A stretch of DNA of 64,000 nt from Octopus vulgaris (GCA_951406725.2 OX597835.1:44082001-44146000); one strand, 5' to 3'. Shown: positions 44,614 to 58,772, counted from the stretch's first letter. Numbers and translations: made by a program. Notes: generated by a model not told the origin, from the sequence alone.

Positions 44614-44658
44614 TATACACACACATATATATATATACATACGCGCACACACACATGG

Positions 44659-44689
<31 letters not shown>

Positions 44690-45063
44690 GATTGCTAAAC
44701 AGTGAGGAAATGTTACTAATAAGATTGCACAAATTTTGAACAAGTAATTGTGTTATCCTGGAGTTTTTCTCTTCAAATGCATGTATTATGCTTCATAAAG
44801 CGCCAAATATCACGTTTTCTATATTTTATTATTGATAACAAACGCAAGCACACACAGACACACACACATGCACAAGTCTATGTATATATATATATATATT
44901 TTGATATTTTGATAAGCATAACAAATGCGCAACCGGTAAAAAGAACTTTCACCTAATTAAATTACTTAAATTACCAATGATATGTCTCAATATATCACCA
45001 CGTGTATATCTCCTATATATATATATATGTACATATATATGTACATATATATATACATATATG

Positions 45064-45103
<40 letters not shown>

Positions 45104-45159
45104 TGAGTGTGTGTGTGTGTGTGTGTGTATGTATGTGTGTGTGTATGTGTGTGTGTGTG

Positions 45160-45393
45160 CAGGTGCCCCAAAAGTAGGTTTACAGTTAGCACGTACGCAA
45201 TTTAAATTTCTTTTAAAACATTTTATTACATTTAAATTTCTCTCTTACAAACTGAAAAGGGAACTTGACAAAATTAACTACAAATTAGCACAGAATAATG
45301 GTTTCATATTTCTTTTATAATTAAGATCTAAACTGTTGATATATGAATGAGAAAGAGAGAGTTGGATAACTGTAAACCTACTTTGGGCGATCT

Positions 45394-45395
<2 letters not shown>
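45160..45395. mobile_element. Tc1/mariner-type MITE
   Basis: TIRs caggtgccccaaaagtaggtttacagtta / taactgtaaacctactttgggcgatcttg followed by TA; second copy at 62225-62437. Confidence 0.75.
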
Positions 45396-45439
<44 letters not shown>

Positions 45440-45440
<1 letters not shown>

Positions 45441-45831
45441 TAGCATATCGCCCAGCGTGGCTCGGGTTTGTAAGGGAAATAACTATATAAGCATTTTTAG
45501 AGATGTGAAGTATAATAGCCATCTCAATATGGATAACCACAAGGGGTGGGGTGTTACTGTAGCTTTTTACGTTCTGAGATTTAATAATAAATTTTTAGAG
45601 AGTTACTTCTCTTATATATGCCAAAAATGCATTAAAAATGGGAAAAATTGATGGTAAATTTTTTTTTAAATCGTAGACTCATCGTAGACGCGCGCTAATA
45701 CCCAGAAGGGCTCGATATGAATCACGACTATAAGATACCCGGTTTTGGTTAAACTGCACCGCAAAATGGGGAGTAGTTAGGAATCTAAATCGTAGGAGAC
45801 AGACAGCACACAACCTCACTTTTATATATAA

Positions 45832-45834
<3 letters not shown>
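45440..45834 (-). mobile_element. Non-autonomous Helitron
   Basis: Minus strand starts A|TCTTTATATATAAAA, has hairpin cccgagccacgctggg and ends CTAG|T; inserted in (TA)n. Confidence 0.82.
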
Positions 45835-45872
<38 letters not shown>

Positions 45873-46249
45873 GTGAAATAGAAAGATGAATAATCTTGTA
45901 GTAGATTAATCAAAAGTTTAACCGATACCTTAGTAGCAAAAATCACAGCAGTAAAACAGCACGGTTGGAGGTACAACCATATGGTGTTGCAACCGTGCGT
46001 TGGTGCGGATAATTGAAATTAGAACAAACAGTTTCGCCATGGGCTCTTAGGAGCATAGTTCGATTTGTTTTTGCTCCGCCTCTGTTCTGTTTTTGGTTTT
46101 CCAACGGATTTCCTATTTTCTTCCTGAAGAGAAAGACACAATATGGTCCCATTATTCCATCGGATTTTGGTAATTTGTGCCTTTCGAAACACGTGTAGAA
46201 TGAAATAAAACGATTTCTGTTCAATCTGCGTTCAGCTCCATTTCTTCAA

Positions 46250-46289
<40 letters not shown>

Positions 46290-46610
46290 TGTATATCTAA
46301 GGACATTACTGTTTATGATTCACAATAATATCAGTGGCTAGCATGCGTAAAAAACCATAAAGGCAAACATTATTAATCAATAATGAAGGGCACTGCTGGT
46401 AGCGCCTGCATGCTAAAAACAGCAGTCATAAATGATTCAGAATCACAGTTTTCACTTGTACACAATGGTGAAATAGGTGAACGAGTCAAAATTTTAAGAC
46501 CACGCATCATAGACGAAAATAATCATGTCTATTATATATATTATATATGTGTGTATATATATATGTATATATGTGTATGTATATATACATATACATATAT
46601 GTGTATAAAT

Positions 46611-46642
<32 letters not shown>

Positions 46643-46734
46643 GTATATACATGTATAAGTATATATATATGTATATATATATATATATAAATGTATATAT
46701 GTATATGTTTATACATATATCTATGTATATATAA

Positions 46735-46786
<52 letters not shown>

Positions 46787-46841
46787 TTTTTGGATTTGGT
46801 TTGCAAGATTCTTTATATGAGTTCGTGTGTTGAGGCATATT

Positions 46842-47091
46842 CTGTTGTGTCTGAGGAGAGTCATTTTTCTTTTTGTGCCTTATTATTTAACACACTTCTC
46901 CGGTAAACTTTCCACTTATTTCTTATTTTTGTTTTCTAAAATTTTCGTTGCGTCTTGAAGACTATTGAAAAGGTTGCAAGTCGCAACGAAAATTTTAGGA
47001 AAATAAAAATAAGAAATAAGTGGAAAGTTTACCGGTGAGTGTGTTACATTATAAGGCACAAAAAGAGAATGACTCTCCCCAGACACAACAG
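46842..47091. mobile_element. Fold-back PLE-derived element with hammerhead motif
   Basis: ~115-bp inverted arms (46842-46957 / 46977-47091) embedded in (TA)n; HHR at 46962-46998. Confidence 0.8.
46962..46998 (+). ncRNA. Minimal hammerhead motif with U3-A8 compensatory core
   Basis: cta-TTGAAAA-G-GTTGC-aagtc-GCAAC-GAAA-A-TTT-tag; palindromic AATT stem III. Confidence 0.6.
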
Positions 47092-47146
47092 TAGATATAT
47101 ATAGACGGATATATATGTATATAGATATGCATGCATATATATATAA

Positions 47147-47192
<46 letters not shown>

Positions 47193-47197
47193 TATGT

Positions 47198-48970
47198 TAG
47201 AGTTATGACTTTTTCCCAACCGAATAACCCTATGCTATAATTCGATGAATAATGTCATGGAAGTCAAGAAAGTAACATTTTTCTTTTATTTGAAAAAATG
47301 TCACCCCGCCAGCTTAAGAAATCGATCACCACTTTTGATCCTAATCAAGCAAAATTTTAGGTGCTGGGGCTCAATGACGCCTGCTCAAGCTTTTATGAAA
47401 CTTCGCGTGCTGACTCAGTGCAATGCAGAAACAATATATCTGGAACTTCAGCTTTCTAGTTCTGGAGTTTTGGGCATTTAAAATTATAAACAGAATGGCA
47501 CTAGATTCACACTTCAATATTTCCTCAGCCTAAACTCTTTCAAACGCAAGAGAATTGTGGAAATAAAGTATATTTATACATTTTAAATATTACTGAAGTG
47601 AAATTGTTCTATGCAAAGGTTCAAAACTAGGCTCTTTTAAGATAGGGGCCACTTCAAGCATTCGATAATGTACAAAATTAAATACAATATATATTTTTAA
47701 CTTTATAGGTTTAATTCCATTTTTAAAAATCTGTATAATAAAAGAGTGCCGAATGTTAGCTGATTTTGAAGCATAACAAAGCATTAATATGTTTTGTTAG
47801 AAAAAATAAATCGAAGCTGAAGTTTATCCTTTTTTGCTGACTTCATAAAAATCTTGAAGGCACTTGGTTGCTCGCACTGCACTCTGATTTGTTCTGCTTT
47901 TTTTCAGTTTTGATGGTTCTCGATTCCAAAAGTTTTTACAGAGTCCAATGCTCTGATGGTCACGTGCATTGGACAATTGGTCAGTAAACCCAAAATCTGC
48001 CCAGTTGTAACAGATGAATCAACAAACATTGAGAAGCAAAACTCTTTTCTCTGGTCGAAGAATAAATGCCAAAAGAACAAGTATTGCTCGAGAATTCCAT
48101 CTTGCATTACTTAAGTCGGGTGTATTTTGAAACTTTACAGTAGGAAAATTGCCGATTTCTTCAAAGAAACGAAAAACTCTGGTCAAATGAAATGGAAATT
48201 TCATGTCATCTCACCATCCTGCTGATTCAGTAATCTTTTCCACACCATTGTTGAAATTAGCCCGGAGTTTCTTGAAATTACTTAGAAACTCTGGGATTAA
48301 TGTATATTCAATATTGGGAGATGACTTTTTCTCCAAGTTCGTTATCCATTACAACACGAAGAGAAAAGGACGTGATGCTGACAACCAATAAATTGCAGTT
48401 CTTTGAAACCCTTTTGAGCGAAAAGTCTTTGAAACTGAATGACAATGGCGTTTCTTTTCCCAGTTTTCACACTCGTTGTATCAGTGACAATCATCTTTAC
48501 ACAGTTCCATAAATTGTATTCAGCTAAAAGAGCTGTTATTCCTTTCAAAACAGTATGAGCTTTTCCCTTTGCTAATTGGAGTGCTTCTAACTTAACTTCT
48601 CCATGTTCATTCTTTAAAACTAGCTCTTGGTATTCTTGGTCACCAATACGTTTACCATCAAAAAATGCAATGACCAGTTTTCTAAAAGTAGTGCTTTCTT
48701 CATTTTCTTTTTTAGTTTAACAGCTTCTTTGATAATCGATTTGTAAATGTTAGATTCGTAAGGAAACTCGACATTAATTCCACCTTGAGATAATTGCCGA
48801 CAAACTGTTGCTGCTTTTTGGATTGTTAAAGACCTCGATATCATGGTACCAGTAACTTGTTTTAGGAATATAATTTATCCAAAGAACTAATGCATTTGTG
48901 TCGGGGAGTTATAAACAACAGGAGATATTTGCCAACACACTGAAATATTAAACCATCCTTTCAGAGACAT
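47198..48970 (-). mobile_element. Decayed hAT-superfamily (hATm-like) DNA transposon with transposase pseudogene
   Basis: Frameshifted minus-strand peptides WSLHF(D)GK, VTDTTSVKTGKRN, GCQHH, NARWNSRAI and RTNQSAVRA match the D, D, CxxH, RW and (mutated) E motifs. A TAGAGT-type end is at 47198; the other end was not found. Confidence 0.7.
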
Positions 48971-49383
48971 ACAAATACGCACGGAACACTCGGCCAAACC
49001 CAAATTCGGTTAAGGCACTTCATCAAAATACTAAGAGCAGCTGCCATACAAGATGAAATAAAAACAAAACAATGCAATGGAATGCAGAGTATAATATCTT
49101 TGCATTTCTTAAAGAGACGAGCTATGTTTTATTTGTAAATACATAATCATCATCATCATTGTCTTTGTCGTCTTCGTCGTCGTCATCGTCATCGTCGTCG
49201 TCATCATCATCATCATCATCATCATTATCTCTCTCTCTCTCTCTATCTATATATATATATATAAATATATAGCTACATATACCTACCTACATACGTGCCT
49301 ACGTAACAGCATATGTACATACAAACCTGCATACATACATACATACATATATACATACATACATACATAAATACATACATGCA

Positions 49384-49445
<62 letters not shown>

Positions 49446-49455
49446 CATACATACA

Positions 49456-49539
<84 letters not shown>

Positions 49540-49540
<1 letters not shown>

Positions 49541-49757
49541 CGGGAAGTTTTACGAAAATAAACAAAAGACGAAGGCAGGTGGAGTACAAACAAACAAATG
49601 TATTAGTATAGCGCTCAGGAATAGAAAAAGTCATTTACGTTTCGAGCCTACGCTCTTCGACAGAAAGATACACAGAAAAAAACAAGGAGAGAAACAAGGA
49701 GAGAAAAAAATGCGTGTAGGAGCTAACGATCTATCATGGCGTCCTGACTTCGGACAG
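49540..49757 (-). mobile_element. Short HHR-bearing repeat (family H), copy 4
   Basis: Same body, adjacent to (TA)n; HHR 49632-49667 cttt-CTGTCGA-A-GAGC-gtag-GCTC-GAAAC-GTA. Confidence 0.75.
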
Positions 49758-50779
49758 TATACAGTTATATATTCAAATATACCTAATATACCTACATGTA
49801 TATACGTATATGTAAATGTCTATGTACATATACGTCTCTCTCTTCGTGCCTCTGTTTCTCTTTGTGTCTCTCTCTTTGTTTGTCTGTCCGTCTGTCTCTC
49901 TCTCTGCGAATGCGTCTGCTTCTGTGTATCTTTGTGCTTGTGTTTGTGTGTATGCGTATGACTGTTCCGTCACCTTAGTTTTAGCAACGGTGCTTGCCCT
50001 CAACATTATCGAAGTCACCTGATGACAAAAGTAATTTCTTAACCACAGGCCTGCGCCCATATTGTACTCAAGCAAAATTAATTGTATGTTATTTCTTTTC
50101 CATAAAAAAATGTGTGTTTGCGTCTGTGTCTGCCTGAGGTGAAGGGTGGTGTTTGGGAGGTGTGTGTCGCAAGAAAATTCAATATGATAATCAATAAATT
50201 TCTTTTTTATCCCCCACCTCTATAAAGAAAATAGATTAAAAAATATTAAAATGAAATAAAAGTAAAAATGAAAACAATAAACGTTAAACTGCCAGCCTTT
50301 CATTTTGAGCAGACTGAAAATTTGTAGCCAAACTGTCTAATTAATTAATAACATCCTTTATATAACTTGATAATCAGGAAGGAAACAAAATAATTAATAA
50401 AGAAAGATAGAAAGGGGGGAAAGAAAAAATGAGGGAGAAAAAAGAAAAAAATCCGTTTCAACTTTGACTTCATTTAGTGAGGTTGTTTCCCAAATTTACT
50501 CGCCATTTTTAGTGGAACGTTTTTAATTCTGATCTTCCGACAGAAGAATGATCTCGACCCCACAACAATCATCTTCACATCGAAGATTCGAGAAAACACA
50601 GAAGAGAAAAACAAAACAACGCAAATTATTGTAACTTTTTCATATTTTGGTACGAGTCAGCGAGTTCAGGAAGTCAGATCTTCAAGGGAAGCAACAGACG
50701 AGTTTGTTGTTGAAATAAAAGGAAAGAAGAAAAACAGAAACGGAAAAAAGATAACGGTGGTTGATGGCGGTTGAGAGCG

Positions 50780-50795
50780 ACGGTAGAGGGCGCCA
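50780..50795 (+). promoter_or_regulatory. CTCF-like motif
   Basis: acggtagagggcgcca differs from consensus CCRSYAGRKGGCRS only at the first position; it lies in a repeat-free island. Confidence 0.3.
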
Positions 50796-51515
50796 CTTAC
50801 AATGATGCGTTCTATGCAGTTATTTCCCTCCTTGATGCTCTGAGCTCCCTCTTTCATGCTCTGAGCTCAAGTCCTACAACAAAATATTGTTTTGGTTGAA
50901 TTTGTCATTCATTGCAGGAGAGTTCAGTAAATCAAGGGAAACAAGAGACCAGTCTGCGGCGAAAAGAGATACAGAAAAAAGAGAAAAAAAAATTAAAGAA
51001 AAAAAGAAACAAAAGAAAGAAAGAAAGAAAATGGTGGAGGTATGGCTGTATGGCTAAGATGCTTGTTTTGGAATTACGTGGTTTGTGTTTCAAGCCTACT
51101 GTGGCGGCACCTTCAGTATCTTTTACTATAGCCCCGGGTCGACCAATGGGTTGCGCGGGAATAGACGGAAGCATACTCACACTCACTCACAAACGCACAA
51201 TCACGCGCACACAGACACACACAAACACACACAAGCGCACACGCAAACACACAGAGGCACACACAAACACACAGACACATAGTCACAGACACACACACAC
51301 AAATACTCACGCGCGCACACACACAGACACACACATACACGCACTCACAGAAACACACAAACATTCACAGGCGCAGGCGTAAGCATATATAACACTAGAA
51401 TTTTATTTGAGTGAGATGTGCCTACCATTTCCAAACAGAAGAAACACGATTTGAGGGTTCCTTCCTATGAACTGTTAACAAGTTCAATACAAATTAAGCA
51501 GGATATTCATTATCT

Positions 51516-51608
51516 GAGTGAACTGAAGCAACGTGAAATATAGTGCCTAGCTCAATAATACAACACGCAGCCCGGTCCGGGATTCGAACTCACAACCTCA
51601 CGATCGTA
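51516..51608 (-). mobile_element. tRNA-derived SINE fragment (CORE-like)
   Basis: Minus strand gtgagttcgaatcccggaccgggctgcgtgttg..gagctaggcact..tttcacgttgcttcagttcactc. Confidence 0.55.
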
Positions 51609-51744
51609 TTTCTAGCACAGCATGTGACTTACGTAGATGCTCGCAAATCCCCGTTGGATTTTCAACAATATATTCTCTCTCGTCAATGCATGAACCTCAC
51701 TGTACAACACCTCTATTAAATAATCGAGTGAAACTAAAGTGCAA

Positions 51745-51786
<42 letters not shown>

Positions 51787-51868
51787 ATGCATATATATGC
51801 ACACATACACACATACACACACACACATATATAAATACATATATACATACTTACATATGTATATATAC

Positions 51869-51904
<36 letters not shown>

Positions 51905-51908
51905 TTAC

Positions 51909-51959
<51 letters not shown>

Positions 51960-51972
51960 CATACATAGATAT

Positions 51973-52228
51973 AGGCGCAGGCGTGGCTGTGTGGTAAGAA
52001 ACTTGATTCCCAACCAAATGCTTCCGGGTTCAGTCCCACTGCGTGGCACCTTGGGCAAGTGTCATCTACTATAGCCTCGGGCCGACTAAAGCCTTCTCAG
52101 TGGAGTTAGTAGACGAAAAATGAATGAAGCCCGTCGTAAATGTATAGATATATATGTGTGTGTTTACATGTGTATGTGTGTGAATGTGTCTGTGTTTGTC
52201 CCCCACCACCATCCATTGACAACCGATG
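51973..52228 (+). mobile_element. SINE family A 5' two-thirds, fused to CR1-like LINE 3' end
   Basis: Follows the consensus up to ttgacaaccgatg, then switches to LINE coding sequence. Confidence 0.8.
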
Positions 52229-52650
52229 TAGAAGGGCTAGTACCTATCTTTGGCATTAAGTGTTATACAAATAACAGTATTGTACCAAAGGTTTCATCCA
52301 CCCCATCTAAATTCAGGACCAGGAACTGTAATAGTCTAGGGTCCAAAGGCTCACAGCTCTTCAATGCCCTGCTACAAAAATTTAGAAATTTGCATAAGAT
52401 GAAAATAGATGTCTTCAGAAAGGAACTAGACATCCTACTCTCCACAAAACCGGATGAACCAACAGCCCGACATGAAGTGCAGACGAGGGCAGCGGAATCA
52501 AACACCCTTATACTCCAAAGGTACCACCAGCGGGGACAGAGGGACATACAGGAGTGGTGGTGTGAAACACAGAGACTGAGGAAGTCAGTAGGACCCTGGT
52601 GGTGCTCCAGCATGACCACGGCTGCATGGTTGAAACGAGTAAAAGAGTAT
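52229..52650 (+). mobile_element. 3' end of CR1-like LINE
   Basis: Peptide SLGSKGSQLFNAL..DVFRKELDILLSTKPDEP..RAAESNTL, then tail ggtggtgctccagcatgaccac..gaaacgagtaaaagag. Confidence 0.7.
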
Positions 52651-52771
52651 ATAAGCATTTATCCACATATGTGTGTTTCTTTCTCTCTATCTATGTGTAT
52701 ACATTTATAATTATACACATATATATACATACATATATATATATATATACATACATACATATAAATATATA

Positions 52772-52829
<58 letters not shown>

Positions 52830-52912
52830 TTAAATGCATGTGGATATATAATTATATTTATATATATATATAATCATGTAAACCTATATATAATTACATA
52901 TATATAATTATA

Positions 52913-52950
<38 letters not shown>

Positions 52951-53517
52951 AATATATATATATATCAATATATATCGATATATATATATATATACATGTA
53001 AGTATGCGGTGTATATATAGCAGAACTAAAACACAAAACCGCGTAGTTTATAGCCTTAACGACGACACAAAGAAAGCACCAGTGTAGGTAAAATAAGGCA
53101 AAACCTCATAAAATTCTAAAAGCGTCTTTTCGAGGGTGTAAATACCTTACGCCACAAAGCTCCCCAATTTCAGGCCTTCACGCCAAAAACAGAATTGAAG
53201 CTCGGCAATAATAAATGTATATCGAAAACATGATAAACCGACATATTAAAATATTTTTATAATATCATATTATCGTTCTAGATTTTTCTGAGTCTATCGA
53301 TCTCGCTCGTAAACTTCGCAGGAATGTTGAAGTCTTCCTCTTTATACAGATGTGCAGGTATGTTTTATGTATGATTGTGTGTGTGTGCTTCAGTATGTGT
53401 GTCTGTGTGTGTGAGCGGTTTTATAACTATGTGAGTATGTATGTGTGTATGTATGTATGTATTTATATATGTATGTTTGTATGTATGTAGGTATTTATGT
53501 ATGTATGTATGTATATA

Positions 53518-53567
<50 letters not shown>

Positions 53568-53604
53568 ACCATCACAGATCAGTACACTGTATATGTATGT
53601 ATGC

Positions 53605-53750
<146 letters not shown>

Positions 53751-54480
53751 CGAAAAAAAAAAATATATATATATATATTTTTTCGTTTTTCAATAATAAT
53801 ACGTATATGTATAACTCTCTATGGTTTTTTTCTACTGAACCTCTTACGTTATAATCAACTATACTAACATGGCCCTGTTTACATTATTCTTCGCTTCGAC
53901 CTGTTAACATTTAAAAAAAACCTTTCTGCTAGATTTTTATTCTTATTTTCATGTTATAGTCTAATACACATATAGACGTGCATACACATTGATACGTCTG
54001 CCTTTTCCTTTCCCTTTCGTCTCTCTCGCTATTATTATTACTGTTATTTTTTCCCTTGTACGACTTGCTAGAAAATATCTGATTTTTACCTATTACTCCT
54101 TTTGTATTCTCCTTTATTGTATGTTATTGTAATTTACTATATTTTATTAAACCTTTTTTGATGTCCTTCCAGAAATTCTTCACACTGATGAGAATGACAA
54201 TGCATAAATATAATTATAATTACAATGATTATAATTTTTTTTTTACATATTTTTATTGTCCTTTGAAACCTGCGTATGTATTGAATCCTATTTTGTATTA
54301 AATCTAATTTTGATGCAACATCTTTTTTCTCCTCCATTTTTCTATAAATGTTTATTGTATATTAATACCTATAACGATATTTTTCAAGATACAAACATAC
54401 AAACATACATACATACATACATACATACATACATACATAAGTACATATATACATATATAAATATATATATATATATATAT

Positions 54481-55139
54481 GCGCAAGAGTAGCCGTGTGG
54501 TATGTAGCCTGCTTACCAACCACATGGTTCCGGGTTCAGTCCCACTGCATGGCACCTTGGGCAAGTGTCTTCTACTATAGCCTCGGGCCGACCAAAGCCT
54601 TGTGAGTGAATTTGGTAGACGGAAATTGAAAGGCTTACAAGTCCTGCTGTCGATTCGTTCCACCAAAGGCGGTGCTCCAGCATGGACGCAGTCAAATGAC
54701 TAAAGCAAATTAAAAGAATGAAAAAAAAAAGAATATATATTCTTTTATTCTTTTTTTTGTTTCAGTCATTTGAGAGCGCCCATGCGGGAGCACCGCCTTT
54801 AGTCGAGCAAATCGATCCCAGGATTTATTTGTGTAAGCCTGGTACTTATTATATCGGTTTCTTTTGCCGAACCGCTAGTTTACGGGATCGTAAACACACC
54901 AGCATCGGTTGATAAGCGATGGTGGGGGTATACGCATACACACATACGCACAGACACACACAAACACGAACGCACACACACACACACACACACATATACG
55001 GCGGACTTCTTTCAGTTTCCGTCTACCAAATAGACTCACAAGGCTTTGGTCGGCCCAAGACTATAGTAGAAACACTTACCGAAGGTGCCACGCAGTGGGA
55101 CTGAACCCGGAACCATGTGGCTGGTAAGCAAGCGAATTA

Positions 55140-55142
<3 letters not shown>
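54481..55142. mobile_element. Two convergent SINE family A copies (54481-54716 +, internally deleted; 54755-55142 -)
   Basis: Both match the consensus and are joined tail to tail. Confidence 0.85.
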
Positions 55143-55187
<45 letters not shown>

Positions 55188-55208
55188 TCATACTTATACA
55201 TAAACATA

Positions 55209-55263
<55 letters not shown>

Positions 55264-55849
55264 ATATTTTATTTATTATATAGAAGGAGCTTCTACAGAA
55301 GCTCCTTCTATATAATAAATTAATTTACTCTGCTATGTATTGAGTACCTTATTTACTGTGGTTAACCCCGACTCAACCCGGGACCTACATATCTATATAT
55401 ATATATATATACATACTTATACAAGCAACTCAGAGAAAAAAGCACACAAATATTAATACACACATGTGTATGATTATGCATAAGTATATTAAATTTATAT
55501 ATGTATGCATATCAGAACTCACACCCACCCACCCACACACACATGCATAAGCTTGTATGCATCTTTGAATATAAATCTCCATGCTCTCTTCCTCTGTATA
55601 TGCATGTGTGTGCGCGTGTGTTCGTGTGCGGTTATATATTGTCTGCCAAGTTATGAAACGTTGCGAGTCTTGGAGGCACCACTGCATTGAGTCGCGATGT
55701 AAGACTCCTCAAGAACTCGCAGCAGATTCCTTAATTATCCATTTATACTCCATCATGTGCTTCGTCGTAACGTTGAATGACTTTTCTTTTAAAAGCTTAT
55801 TGTTAGTACAGCGGTGCAGAGTAACAACCGACAGGCATCTGAACTTACG

Positions 55850-56560
55850 TACATACATACATACATACATACACACATACATACATACATGCATACATAC
55901 ATACATACATACATACATGCATACATACATACATACATACATACATACATACATGCATGCATACATACATACATACATACATACATACATACATGCATGC
56001 ATACATACATACATACATACATACACACATACATACATACATACATAGATACATACATACATACATACATCCATCTATGCATACATATATATATATATGC
56101 ATACATACATAATACATACATAATACATACTTACACGCATACACACATACATACATTCATAAATACACACATACACACACTCATGCATACATACGTACGT
56201 ACATACATACATACAAACATACACACATACAAACATAAACACAAATACACATTCATACATACATACGTATGTACGTACATATATAAATACGTACGTACGT
56301 ACACACATACATACACGCATACACACATCCATCCATCCATAAATACATACATACATACATACATACATACATACATACATGCATACATACATACACATAT
56401 ACATACTTTCAAACGTACATACTTTGAAACATACATACACACAACCATAAATACGCTCATACATTCATCCTGCATTCATTCATACATACTTCCATACTTC
56501 CATGCAATCATCCATGCTTACATATGCATTCATACACGCATACACGCGCACGCACATACA
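55850..56560. repeat. (ACAT)n tetranucleotide satellite, degenerating
   Basis: Direct reading. Similar (ATCT)n tracts are at 44273-44520 and 53606-53680. Confidence 0.92.
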
Positions 56561-57900
56561 TATACGCGCAGATGTATGTATATTGGTTTCAAATGACGGC
56601 ACAAGGCCCACAACTCCGTTGGAGGATGTCCGCCGGTTAAATTGACCCGAGTGTTCAATTGGTAATTATTTTATTGACCAGCAAATTGTGATTGGCGAAA
56701 CCGACCTCTGCGAAGTTTGAGCTGAGAACATGAATACGGATGATATGCGGCAAAGCACTGTGTCCGGAACGCTAACGATTCGGCCAGTTCGTCGCCGTTT
56801 ATAGTTTAAATGGGAGAGGAAAATAATGAATAGATGCACACGCCTACACACGCACGCACTCTCTCTCTCTCACACGCACACACATACTCTCTCTATCTCT
56901 CCCTTACTCACACACACTCTCTTCCACACTTTCTTTCTCTCTCTCTCTCTCACACCCACTTACATACATACACACAAACTCATATACTCTCTTTTTCTCT
57001 CCATCTCACACACACAAGCACACGCATTCTCTTCCGCCCCTCCCTCTCTCTCTTTCACACACACACACACACACACACTCACACACACTCACACACACTA
57101 GCACACGCACTCTTTTCCACGCCGTTGCCGCCACCGACGCCACCGCCTCCGCCGCCGGGGTCCCCGCTGACGACGACGATTTGGTCTTTATATATGTTAT
57201 ACCAATTTTATTACAACGCAGGCCTGGTAGAATCTTTAGCGCCCTGGGCAAAATGGTTAGCAGCACATTCGTCTGCCTTTGTGTTCAGGGTTCACATTCC
57301 ACCGAAGTCGCCTTTGCCTTATATCCTTTCGAGTCGACAAAATCAGTACCAGTTGAACAATGGGGTCGATCGAATTGTCATACCCCTTCCCAACGAATGC
57401 TGGCCTTCTACCAACATTTTAAATCACTTTTATCACCACGCATCTCTTTCCCCTTCTCAGCATCTTTTTATAAATTACCGACGCCACCACAGTGATTATG
57501 CTCGTTGAATGGAATTCTTTCTCCTCTAAACTTTGTTAACATCTGTTTTACATTGCCTCAACACTAACACCAAAGTTATTTCAACTTTTCTGGTACATTC
57601 CTCAACTGTACTTCAGTAATTATTGATTCTATAGGTTCACGCCAAAATCTTGGGTGGTAGCATTAATCCGTCGCTCATTTTAACACCACCAACCACAACA
57701 CCTTTGCCAAAAGACACACAGGAGACTTTATCAATATCTAGACTAATTCTCTCAATATTGATTGCCTTGTAATTTGTGATATATTCCTACTTTTTACACT
57801 CTCAAGTACAGACACCCAACAGTAAGAGTATGATTGCTTCGGTTCTGTATCATAAATTACAACTCACTTCTCCCTCAAATCGCAAATAAGTGGCTAAACC

Positions 57901-58160
57901 TATACAAGGATAAAATATGTTAGATTATCTGTTGGCTGGAAGAGGCCTCGTGGCAGGCCCTGCACCAGATGGTTGGTCGTGACCAAGGAAGATCGCCAGA
58001 GGCTCGACGTCATCTTAGAGTATACAAAGTCGCTGGCATGAGAACACAAGCGATGGGGAGCACAGGTGTACCAGGTCGGTTCTAAGCATGATGATATTTC
58101 TGAGAGCACTGGAATCACCTGGGATGACCCCAGCCCTTTGAAGCAAGTGAATGAAGCAAG
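57901..58160 (+). mobile_element. 3' end of RTE-like LINE
   Basis: Peptide GWKRPRGRPCTRWL..ED..L..LA*EHKRW followed by short tail repeats aagcaag. Confidence 0.6.
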
Positions 58161-58472
58161 AAACAAGAAACATTTAGAATTGGATAAGTTCTATAACTGA
58201 AAACTATATGGTTATAATCTTTAGATGAATGACTGGAAATTATAGCCCAAGATCTAATATCAGGGAATAAATCGATGGCTGCCCTTGGAATGATCTGAAA
58301 CTAAATAATAACAATAAGGAACATTTAGAGCAGAATGCATTTTGTTTTAAGTTTTGAGTCGCTTGAATGTTCAGTGTAACGTGAAACTCGAAGTTTGGGA
58401 AAACTATTTCAGTTTAAGTAAACAATATACTTTTCACCTGATTTGTGTACATATCTATATGCATATACATAT

Positions 58473-58591
<119 letters not shown>

Positions 58592-58723
58592 GATAGATAG
58601 ATAGATACACGCACATACTTGGTTTTAAATGCAAATATATGTACACGCGTTAGAAAAATGCTTTCCGATGAATATACATGGTTATGTATTTATCTATATA
58701 TTTATGCACCTTATACACACACA

Positions 58724-58772
<49 letters not shown>

